A program made the translations under genes and the position numbers. Positions 1 to 10,397 of a stretch of DNA of 64,000 bases are shown one piece after another. Location of the stretch: NCBI GenBank assembly GCA_943704425.1, contig CALSCP010000738.1, positions 59,972 to 123,971 on the forward strand. The letters are read 5' to 3'. Positions within the stretch are counted from its first letter, which is position 1. Every line of letters begins with the position of its first letter. Source of the stretch: Ministeria vibrans ATCC 50519 (Eukaryota > Protista > Filasterea). The notes beneath the pieces were generated by a model. That model was given only the letters and a program-made list of their open reading frames with translations. It was not told where the DNA came from and ran no database searches.

Positions 1-159
1 CATCTCCACTGACTTCTCTCCAGTCGCACGCCGCCCCTTCAACCCGCCAGCCCCCCCGACCTTTTTGCTGCCGTTACCCTCCACCGCCCACGAGCCTCCC
101 TGCTCTCCTCTCAATCGTCGACATTGCGCTCTCCAACAAAATATCGCTCGCGCGCTTTG

Positions 160-200
<41 letters not shown>

Positions 201-210
201 NNNNNNNNNN
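201..210. other. Assembly gap (N run) after a poly-T tract
   Basis: Ten N characters. Confidence 0.99.
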
Positions 211-309
211 CTTCAGGGCAGATTGAAACATCCGCGACATGTCAGTGACGCTCTAGGTACAACAACCAATCATTATTATATTATTCTCTCTCTTCCGTCT
301 CTGTCTCCT

Positions 310-359
<50 letters not shown>

Positions 360-485
360 CGTCTTTCCTCCTCGAGTGTATGCCTCGTTGTGGGGTCTGC
401 CGTGGGCCCACAGGCGCCATACTCCCCGCGTGTCTCCCCCTTAATAATTGGTTCCTTTTCTCTCCTCGTTTTCCCCATCACACAG

Positions 486-1224
486 TTGCGTCGTCGAGGG
501 TCGCTCAATCTTGACTTTCTTGATCTCGACGGCTCCGACCCGTCTCTCCTGGACCTTGTCGAAGAGGTAAACTGACAGCTTCCGTTTGAGACGACAGTCT
601 TGGGAACAACCACCTAATCTCCTTCTACTGCTCCTGTCACTTTAGGATCCCGCTGCGACACACTCCGAGTGTGACGACGACGATGACGAGGCGACACGAA
701 AAACTTTGACTGACCTTATGCGAACCTTTTCATTGGAGCAAAACAAAGAGGGGAGTGGAAGTGCCGCGGGTGGTGGTGTTGATGGTGGTGGTGTTGGTGG
801 TGGGAGTGGCGGAGGCGAGACGACAGTGGTCTTGGCATGTTCATCGGATGGGAGTACACTCCTTCGCGAGGGTGGCACTCTTGCTGAAAGTGGCGACAAC
901 CTGACAACAAGTAGCGACAATCTTCTTATGGCGAGTGGCGACAGTCTCGTTGGTGAGGCATCGACTCTCTCGGGGTCATCGTTAAATCTAGTGATCTCCT
1001 CGGTGGAACTTACTGTCACCGAGTCCGAAGGCAACGCACCGGGTCTGCTGACGAAGCAAAAGGCCAAGAGAGAGCGTTCGGCGGGCCTCGAACAGGCACA
1101 AGCACTCGAGTACATGCGACGCTCGCCACGAAACACCTCAGCGTCCACCGAGTCTCTCAACCAACTCACCTCAACACAACAAACCTCCACGTTTGACGAC
1201 CAAGCGCAACTCAATCATCAACGT

Positions 1225-1283
<59 letters not shown>

Positions 1284-3093
1284 ACAAACTTATTATCAAC
1301 GACGACAACAAGAGCAACAGACTTTATCATGTGACGATATCTCTGGTACCGATTTGTGTGCTCCCGTAGGGCGGAGACGGTCTTTGTCGGACCCCATGGC
1401 AACACATGCGACCATTGCCGACTTGTTACAGACACTCGAACGATCAACACCCAGGCAACAACCGTTGGGCGTCCGCAGAGGCACCCATGACAGCGGCGAT
1501 AACGACGCCAACGACGCCTTCAATCCGCTTCACGCCTCGTCCGTCTCTGCCGACGACATTATCGAGGCCATTGGTCACGGTAGTAGTTGTGGTGGTGCTA
1601 GTAGTAGTAGTAGTAGTGGTGCTGGTGGTGGTGGTGGTGGTGGTGGTGATGATGATGAGGCCGCTGCGTGTCCAACGACGCTCTCGCAAGAGCTCCCTCA
1701 GTTTTACTCGCGCGCCAGTGCACCGGAACTCACCGTGTCGTGGAACACAGACGTGAAGAATAACGTGCAATACAGCCACAATGTGGTGGTGACTCCCATT
1801 GAGGAGGTACACGGCACCGAGTCACCATTGTCGGCAAGCGGGAATCATCCAACCGCAGTGCGCACACGCAGTCGTTCCATGCCGGTTGTGTCTGGCTCGC
1901 CGACGACTACCACCTTGTCTTCATCGATGCGTCTTGAGGATGCACTGGCCATTCTCGAAACGCCCGGAGACGACTTAAACTCCTACTCATCCGTAAGTAC
2001 ATCCTCCGCGGGTGCCCCGGCCTATCCCACGCACTATGCTCCGCGTACCACTGCAGCTGATGTGTCACTGTCGCACCCACGCCATGTGCCATTGGCAAAC
2101 TCGGTGCCTAGTGTGCACCTGGAAGGACAGCCCTTGGACACGGCCGTGTCGCAGTCGGAACACCGGACCGAACAGCACACGCAAAACATGTTGCGCCTCA
2201 AGCAGCATTTGCGCAAACAACAGCAGCGCTTGCAACAACACCATCAACAACAGCTGCGAGAACAGCACGCCTCACTTGCACAACAACTCTCGTCACATGA
2301 ACATCCCGAATCGCAGGACGCCGCCGACGGCGAAGAAGATGATCTCTTGCTGCTACTGCCACAGCAACCTGAGCAAGACGGAAGTCCACAAGGCCGCGCG
2401 GCTGCAGCAGCAGCACTTCAACATCGTCATTCAGCATCGTCTCTCAGTACCGACTACAACAACAACCGAGTCTCGACGGCTGGCTCGCCGATGTCGTCGA
2501 CGTTGCATCCGGTTCTCCAACGAAGGCACCACTCGGCGAACACGCTGACGTTTGGCAACGAAACCTTCAGCTATACACCCGCACACACCGCGTCGCTCGA
2601 CAATCTTTCGTCGCTGCCCGATTCAACCACTCATCACAGCATAATGGGGTCATTTGGACCGCACCGTGGCAGCGTTGGCGCCCTCTCGGTCGGTTCCGAC
2701 GTCGCCCCGAGTCCTCTGCCCTCTCCCGGTGCTCTGGGCTCGAGCAGCGTCGGCTCCTCCTACACCAACATCCCCTCTGCACTCTCGCCCAACTCCCACC
2801 ATGGAGGCAGTGCTGAGCCCCTCACACAGCTCACTTCATCACTCACGCTCGACACAGAAAAACAACAGCAACTACAAATGACAAACCGTGAATGGCAGTT
2901 CTACGACGAGACGCCCGAGGCGGAGAAGCAGCGCTTGCGTGCGTCTGCCGCTGCCGCCCGTGCCTCTGCACGCGCCGCCCCTCCTGCTGCCCCCACAGCC
3001 CTTCCTGCCGCCCCGTGGGCTGCCCAGTCCGCCCAGCAGAGCGATCGTGTGTGGGACTTTTGCTCAGAGACGGGAAAGAAAGGCCGAATGTGA
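486..3093 (+). CDS. Low-complexity Gln/Ser/Gly/His-rich disordered protein, function unknown; 5' end uncertain
   Basis: Exon 486-566 (LRRRGSLNLDF...VEE), GT-AG intron 567-645, then an open exon 646-3093 in frame with the 795-aa ORF. Poly-Q and poly-G tracts; no recognisable domain. Confidence 0.75.
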
Positions 3094-3239
3094 AAATAAA
3101 TAATAATTATTATTAATAAACAAAAATGAACGAACAGTATTGTACCAAAACTTAATAACGCTGATGTTTTAAATTGAGTTTTTTAAATAGAAGATTGAAA
3201 AAAAATCATAGTGATATTACAAGAGCTCGAGGCGCAACC

Positions 3240-3317
3240 TTATACAGTCTCTTCAAGTTCATGAAACTGGAGAGTGGACTTTTTGCGGTTGGACGACGAA
3301 GGACTGCGCGATCCTAA

Positions 3318-3405
<88 letters not shown>

Positions 3406-3483
3406 GGGAAAGAAACAAAGTAATAGAGAGAGAAAAAGAAACAGAGATTGAGAGGGAGGGAGAGAAAGAAACAGATGCAAAGT

Positions 3484-3544
<61 letters not shown>

Positions 3545-4904
3545 AAGAAACAAAGTGTTAAAGAGAGACAGAGAGACGGAGAGACAGAGAGACAGAGACA
3601 GAGACGGAGACAGAGACAGAGAGGAGGAAGAAAGAAACAAAGCGATAGAGAGAGACAGAGAGAAGGGAAAAAGAAACAAAGTAATAGAGAGAAGGAAGAA
3701 AAAAACAAAGTGATAGAGAGAGACAGAGAGAAGGGGGAAAGAAACAAAGTAATAGAGAGAGAAAAAGAAACAGAGATTGAGAGGGAGGGAGAGAAAGAAA
3801 CAGATGCAAAGTGATGGAGAGAGAGAGAGAGAGAGAGAAATAGAGTAATGTAAAACAATTTCAAGGGTACCTCTGAGAGATGAGAGAGCATTGACTTCGA
3901 CGGGCTGCGACGCGAGGATTCCATCAGTGTCATCGTCAAGGGCGTCGTTGTCGTCTTCGCCGCCGCGCAGGACCATCTCGTCGCCGTCCTGTCCTACGGT
4001 GTTGTACCCCTGTTGTGTTGCTCGCTGTCGCGAAAACCGCGCCACAAGCGCTCCAAACCGTCGTCGTGTTGCCTCGCCCATTTCCGAGAGTTTAGACCGC
4101 ACTGTGGACTCCTCTCTGTATACAATTTTGTCATCAGTGCGCAATCGATTACTTTGTTCGTACGCGTTGTTAGCGCTCTGGGGGTGTCGATGAGTCCTGT
4201 GTCTGCCGCGGCGAGCTTCACGATCGGCCACCAATGCGCGCTGGTACTCGTCGTCGTCTTGCAGCTGTCGTTGGAACTCGTCGCTTTGCAGCAGTTGCGC
4301 CAAGAGTGCATCCCGACCTGTTTGCGTTGAGAGAGGCGCATCACTCGAGTTGGGCGCAAGGAAGTGGGCAGGGAAAGGGAGCAGGAGAGGGGTGGTAGGA
4401 GGTTCAAGAGGCACAGCGGCAGAGGCCGTGGGATTGGCGGAGGCGGGGACAGAGGCGACGGTGGAAGGAGGTCGAGGTCGAGGCTGAACTTGCTGCGAAA
4501 AAAGAGAAGAATCAATCAGGGAGCGCGCCATTGTGCTTTGGTGCAACACGCCTCGATACCACAGCTTCAAGGGGTGCGCTCCCGTCGCTTTGGACGGAGG
4601 CAAGAATCTACAAAAAGAAAGAGAATGACGTTGTTAGAGTGGTGGCAGACCGAGTTTAAGTAGGTGTACCGCTGCCTGATGCTGGGGCGCCTCGGTATCG
4701 GGAGTACCAATGGCCAGAAGCGCATCGATGGCATCGTCGAGGTTCGGGTTGGCCGCCAAGGTCGCCTTGATTCCATTTGGCGCTACGTCGAGTTGGAGTT
4801 GCGTCAAAAAACAAAATCCACATTTTGGTCACTTGTGAGTTGTGATCGCCCATACCGATGTTAGGAAACATCATCACCAGAGTTTTGTAGTCATCATTAT
4901 TCAT
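3240..4904 (-). CDS. CUEDC1: CUE domain-containing protein 1-like (ubiquitin-binding), about 5 exons
   Basis: Spliced N-terminus KTLVMMFPNIAPNGIKATLAANPNLDDAIDALL gives the CUE MFP...LL signature. Downstream LLLPFPAHFL, DALLAQLLQSDEFQRQL and SKLSEMGEATRRRF resemble conserved CUEDC1 blocks as I recall them. Last exon ends ...FHELEETV* at 3240. Confidence 0.75.
3316..3850. repeat. Intronic (GA)n microsatellite complex with a ~90-bp direct repeat
   Basis: The unit aagggggaaagaaacaaagtaatag...gatgcaaagtgatggag occurs at about 3402-3490 and 3731-3820 among GA runs. Confidence 0.9.
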
Positions 4905-4961
4905 TATAAAAAAAATAATAAAAATGAATCGAAGTCAGAAGAAGAAATAAAAATCGTAATA

Positions 4962-5014
<53 letters not shown>

Positions 5015-5410
5015 ATACAGTCACCAGATCTACAACAAAAACACAAGTGCAATCGCTATCCAGTGAGGTAATCGCAACGGTACGCCATACTCCAGTGACT
5101 ACCAGTGAGGGCTTAGGGCTCTGAAAAGCTGTAACAGCTGTCTAACGAGTAAAACTCGGTGCGAACGATCATCCGGCTGATACGCTCGTTGTTGTGGCTG
5201 TAGTTCAGACGACGATGCTGCAGGGTCGTCCGTATCTGGGTTAGCGGGCGGGTTAGCGGTGTGTGTTAAAACTGTCTGCGGCCTGTTGAAGCTGCGGTCG
5301 CTGCGGTTCTTCCTCCACAGGAATGATGATTAAAACTTCGTGGACTTGATCGTGAGCAAAAAAATAATTTTAAAATATAATATTATTTCACCACTACTCC
5401 GTACATCGTT

Positions 5411-6880
5411 ATGAATCATATGTTTCGCAAAGTAGGAGGGACCGAGGGACAGGTTTATGCGCTAACGGAGGATTCTCCCGCGGCAATGCTCATTTCAACA
5501 ATCTCGTTGTCCGGTGTGGCAATTCCCGTTATCATGGCGACTACCTCTGGCCACATCGACTCACAGTGGTATTGTTTTAATAGGTGACATTACTGAGGAG
5601 GGACTGAAAGACGCCGCGCGCCAGTTTCAGGCGCGTCATACTCTGGCACGCGCCAAAGTAGAGGAACAAGGTGAACAACTCTACTTCGTGGAGGACCCAC
5701 GAACCATCCCTGTGACTACAACCACAGTCGAGTCGGCAGAAGGACGTGAAAAGGCAGTGAAGGCGAGTCAGCTTGAGATTGGGCACACACCAGGTCGAGG
5801 GTACGTCCCACTGGCGATTCATCTTGTGAGCGGTCCGGCGCCCGACGAACACGTCCTCATCTGCGGTGCAAGCCACATGGTGAGCGACCTGCAAGGAATG
5901 GTTGTGTTCGTGAGTGATATTTTGCGTGCCCTGGACGGCCAGACACTCGAGCCGTCCGATACGGTTCCGCCAGTCATTTCCGATGTGGTGCCCGACAACG
6001 ACCGCGGCTTCTGGAAGCTCCTCAAGACTGTGCCGACAGTGATTCGCGTGCTATGGAACCTACGAAAGGCTCAAAAGACACTCATGTCTGTCTCGCCAAC
6101 GGGCAAGATAGGGCCCGCCGACGAGCGATCGTGCGTTTGGGCGACACACCGTCTTGAAGCGGAACGACTCGATGTGCTCCAGTCACTGTGCAAACTACAC
6201 TCAATCAGCGTGCATGCAGCACTGCTTGCGGCCATGCAAGCGGCACTGCTTGATCTTGTCTGGTCTGAAGGGCGTCTGGAGGAGTGTGTGCAGCGCATGG
6301 GCGATCCTGAGCGCTTCTCCTTCTTCCACAACACAACCATCGACCTCCGCCGCCATGTTCCCGCACCTCCGCCCCCAGAGACCTTTGCGCATCTGTCTAG
6401 CGGCACAGGACACCTTGCACAAGTCAACGTGGCCGCGTACCTGCGCAATGCGGCGCAGGGCGGGTTCACTTCGGCCGAGCTGTGGAGCAATGCGCAGCGA
6501 GTGCACTCGGGACTGCAGGAGGCACTAACATCGCGCGGATACCTCGCCTTCGTGCCCTTCATGGACGGCATGTCGCCGAGCAAGGCCAAGGGAGCCGCCA
6601 GTGGAATGCTTGAGAAGCCCATGGTCGCCGTGTCGCTGGCGAACCTGGGTCGTGTGACGCTGCCGACACTGACGTCATCGCGGGTGTGTGTCCAGGGAGC
6701 ACTCGATGTGCTCCAGTGGGCGGGCCTGGGTCTCGACACAACTGCCATGTGTGTGTGCACCGCGAACCGTGTGCTCTCTGCGACCTTCTCTGCCCCGTCG
6801 CCCTCTGTCTCCCAGCACAAGGTCGACACTTTCATTGCATCCTTTGCGACGCGACTCAATGCCCTGATCGACCAACAAGA

Positions 6881-6887
<7 letters not shown>
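5411..6887 (+). CDS. Stand-alone condensation-domain / CoA-dependent acyltransferase (AATase/PapA5-like)
   Basis: ATG 5411 (MNHMFRKVGGTE, R-x-x-G-x-x-E start motif); one intron about 5514-5583. HxxxD motif (SHMVSD), SVHAALLAA, DLRR and ANLG motifs. Confidence 0.75.
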
Positions 6888-6971
<84 letters not shown>

Positions 6972-7520
6972 ACAATCTTAGTAATCGTCACCACGCGAGA
7001 GGACCTCTGACATTTACTATGTAAATAAATAATTGTAGGCATTTATTTCACAACGTCGTAATTTTTACACAGTGGGCTTGGCTGATTGGCTCTTTTATTT
7101 TACTACCCTTGTCAAACCCCTTTAGTCTTTACATAGTAATCTGGATTCTGGATTCTGGTGCCATATCAGACAGTCTAGCGTGAGTGCCCGGAGGTAGCTC
7201 CCTCTATTATGGTCATTCATTCTGGGTATTGGATAAAACCGTACTTATTTTTGTTTTTGTCTTCTTGTACCCTCTCTCTTTCTCCAGGTACGCTCCCTTA
7301 CCTTAGTGACGTTAGTGTTTGTCGATTAAGAAGAAATGTAAAGGTGCTATGCAGCTTGATCGACGCTGATCTAGATAAGTTGTCGTTTCAGTCTTTTTAA
7401 TCCCTTTCTTTTCATTCATCATAGAGCAGAAAAAACGCTGTTGGTTTGTGTGATCAGTCCATATACTTGGTATCAGGTATACACTTTAATCTCAAGTGAA
7501 AATGCCGGTACCCACAACAT

Positions 7521-7542
7521 TATATAAAATAGCATTATATAT
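7521..7542 (+). promoter_or_regulatory. TATA-like elements upstream of the permuted tRNA gene
   Basis: TATATAAAA at 7521-7529 and TATATA at 7536-7541, 25-45 nt upstream of the predicted leader. Confidence 0.5.
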
Positions 7543-7576
7543 CACTTTTTCTTGTTTTCCGCTTTGAACGATTGTT

Positions 7577-7668
7577 ATCAATTCTCTACGGAGGCGTGAG
7601 TTCAAATCTCACTGGCGTCGCTTGTAATTCGACGCTATGGCGGAGTGGTCTAACGCGATTGACTTGAA
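7577..7668 (+). tRNA. Circularly permuted tRNA-Ser(UGA): 3' half 7577-7620, 10-nt spacer, 5' half 7631-7668
   Basis: Acceptor GACGCTA/TGGCGTC; D-arm GCG..CGC with GG; anticodon stem ATTGA/TCAAT; loop CT-TGA-A|A; variable arm CTC-TACG-GAG; T-arm GTGAG-TTCAAAT-CTCAC; discriminator G73. The halves reconstitute an 82-nt class II tRNA. Confidence 0.93.
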
Positions 7669-7674
7669 TCGTTA

Positions 7675-7684
7675 TTTTTTTTTT
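7675..7684 (+). terminator. Pol III oligo-T terminator
   Basis: T10 run six nt after A37 of the tRNA 5' half. Confidence 0.7.
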
Positions 7685-7861
7685 GATCCATCTATCTACT
7701 TGGAAAGATCCAAGGAGAGTAGGAGAGAGGAAGATTTTTTTTTTTTCGTTTCGTAAGAAAAATAATAATTAATAATATTATTTATTATAGAGAAAAGAAT
7801 CGAAATAATATTTTTTTTTCGATTTTTATTGTTCTGTACACAAACTACATTTTTTTTTGTG

Positions 7862-8680
7862 TTACGTTGCACGAATAAGGTTTAGCAGTAGAGAACGCAG
7901 TTCTGCCTCCGATATATCTGCAGCTTCTGATCTGCGCTTATTAAGTGCATTGACGCACATGGTTTCCAGCACATCCTATGCAACAGACAGGTAAGTTACA
8001 AAGAGGAACATCAAAGGGACACAACTCTACTCTCACTCGTTTTGCTTGTGAAATGGCCGAATGAGTCAGTCCCACCAGTCGAGCATATTCAACTAGTGGT
8101 TCTCCTTGGTAATACCTACCACAAAAAAGCAAGAGAGAGAAAGAGAAAGAAAGAGAGAGAATGATTAAGTATGCACACACACACAAGCCTCTTTACCGAG
8201 TCGCCCGTTGAAACTGCTCTTTCTCATCCTCAAACCAGTCTGCCTCCGTCACATCTAGCAGCTTCTTAGAGTTGGCCTTGACGCGCCGCGCAAGCTCATC
8301 CAATTGCTATAATAAACACTATTATTCGCACATGTACACCACACACAAACCACACACACTCCTATATCGTTCTCTCTCCATCACTTTTGTTTCTCTCTCT
8401 ATCACTTTCTCGCTCCCTCTATCTATCTCTATTAGTTATCTCTCTCTCTATCTATCTCTATTAGTTGTCTCTCTCTCTCTACCACTTCGTTCTTTCTCCC
8501 TCTCTCTCTCTCTATCACTTTGTTTCTTTCTCCCCTCTCTCTCTCTATCACTTAGTTTCTTTCTCCCTCCTCTCTCTCTATCACTGTATCTCTTTCTCCC
8601 TCTCTCTCTCTATCACTTTGTTTCTTTCTCCCTCCTCTCTCTCTCTATCACTTTGTTTCTTTCTCCCTCCTCTCTCTCTT

Positions 8681-8778
<98 letters not shown>

Positions 8779-10013
8779 TCGTTGCACGCGCAATGCTTTC
8801 TCCTCTCGCTCCTCCCACTCCTTCAGTCGTGTTTTATCCTGTTTTCGTGTGTTGTTGTTGATAGAGTATGATTAAACAGAAACAATATAAGAAAATGATT
8901 GATACCTTTCGTTTGAGGTACCGACGCACCAAATTGTCGAGAGTGACGCAGGGTGTCATGGACCAGTTCTCGGGGACTGTTGCTCTGCAAGTGACACACT
9001 CACGTGCATCGCCAGACTTCCACGCGAGCCATTGGGTGATGCAGCCACGACAAAACTGGTGGCCGCACGGCAGTGAGACGGTGCGCACAAAGAGATCCTG
9101 GCAAATGAGACACGTCATTTCTTGCTCGGCCTCATCGTCATCCTCTTCATCATCGACATTGTGGCTGTCGGCACCACCCTTCGTCGTCGTGGTTGTAGTT
9201 GTGCTCGTGACAGGGGTGCTTTCAGTTTCTCTTAGGAGCGGCTCGTCGTCGTTGTCGTGCGCCAATTCAACAGTGGCACCTTCGCCCGTCAGTTCGCTGC
9301 TACCATCTTGGACGCCATCGTTGCTGTCGCATGGCACGTCTACGACACCGTCGCCAGCCGTCGAGACTGGCGTCGACTCAAGACTGTCCCCTTCCAATAT
9401 CTTGTTTCGTTTCCGTTGGCGTTCCTCCTCCACAAGCTCGCTTGCACGTCGCTTCAGGCTTGCCTCAATCGACTCAAAGAATTCCCCTGTCCCACGCACC
9501 TCATACACAAACTCCCGCGCCCGTGGCCCAAACCGCAGCTTGTCTCCGTCGTGAAGCAAACGAGGCGCCTAAATCAAATGGGGGACGAACAACCGACTTA
9601 TCAGCTCCTCTGGCGACCCTCTTCCTTTGGTGCACCTCCACTCGCTTCCCGTTCACGTAGGAGCCATTGAGACTCCCAAGGTCGGTAAACACGATCGCTT
9701 TGGAGGCGGTGTTCAGTGAGAGAGTCGCATGTTTTCTAGACAGAAAAAAAAAAAAGTTGGCGTTTTCTACTGTCACAAGCACGACGTACAGGCAAGCCCG
9801 ACGCACACACCCGCACGCACACACACACACACACACATCCTCCCCCTCCCGACCATACCTCCCAATAGTCTGTGGTCGCACCTGGGAGTCAAACACCACC
9901 GTCGCCTGCGCCTGACTCCGCCCCACCACAACCACCGGTGGGCTGTCGCTGATTTCAATGGTTTCCGGTCCCGACTCGATCTCAGAGATGCGACAGAGCC
10001 TAGGATAGCTCAT
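7862..10013 (-). CDS. FHA + RING E3 ubiquitin ligase (RNF8/CHFR-like), multi-exon
   Basis: FHA motifs VGR, RKH, DLGSLNGSYVNG, LHDGDKLRFG; C3HC4-type RING CLIC...LPCGHQFCRGC...CVTC. Spliced C-terminus ends LLLNLIRAT* at 7862. Confidence 0.88.
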
Positions 10014-10202
10014 AATGGAGAGTTAAAACAAACTGAGTTGTAACTCGGCTTCGTAGGTGGATAAATAATGTTTATAAGTTTATCGTTTGAGCAACGATTG
10101 ATTCTATTTGAATTCCTTACATTCTTCGAATATTCATAATAATATTAGGCGGTCTGGCTGTGTCTTCGCGTGGTGACTGTATCATTAATAAATGGGTTGT
10201 AT

Positions 10203-10379
<177 letters not shown>

Positions 10380-10397
10380 AATCAGACAGTTCAAATT

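Noticed and set aside
5108-5259. Telomerase-RNA template-like words (AGGGCTTAGGGC, GGGTTAGCGG)
   Set aside because: No 1.5-copy match to TTAGGG, and the organism's telomere repeat is unknown.
7631-7720. Ordinary intron-containing tRNA or truncated tRNA pseudogene
   Set aside because: No T-arm or acceptor strand follows the 5' half (T10 comes first), and the exactly complementary 3' half lies upstream.
8272-8875. Ser-Leu, Arg-Glu, poly-Ile and poly-Leu ORFs (also 3259-3939, 10160-10684, 31306-31684, 59025-59607)
   Set aside because: Translations of intronic or intergenic microsatellites.
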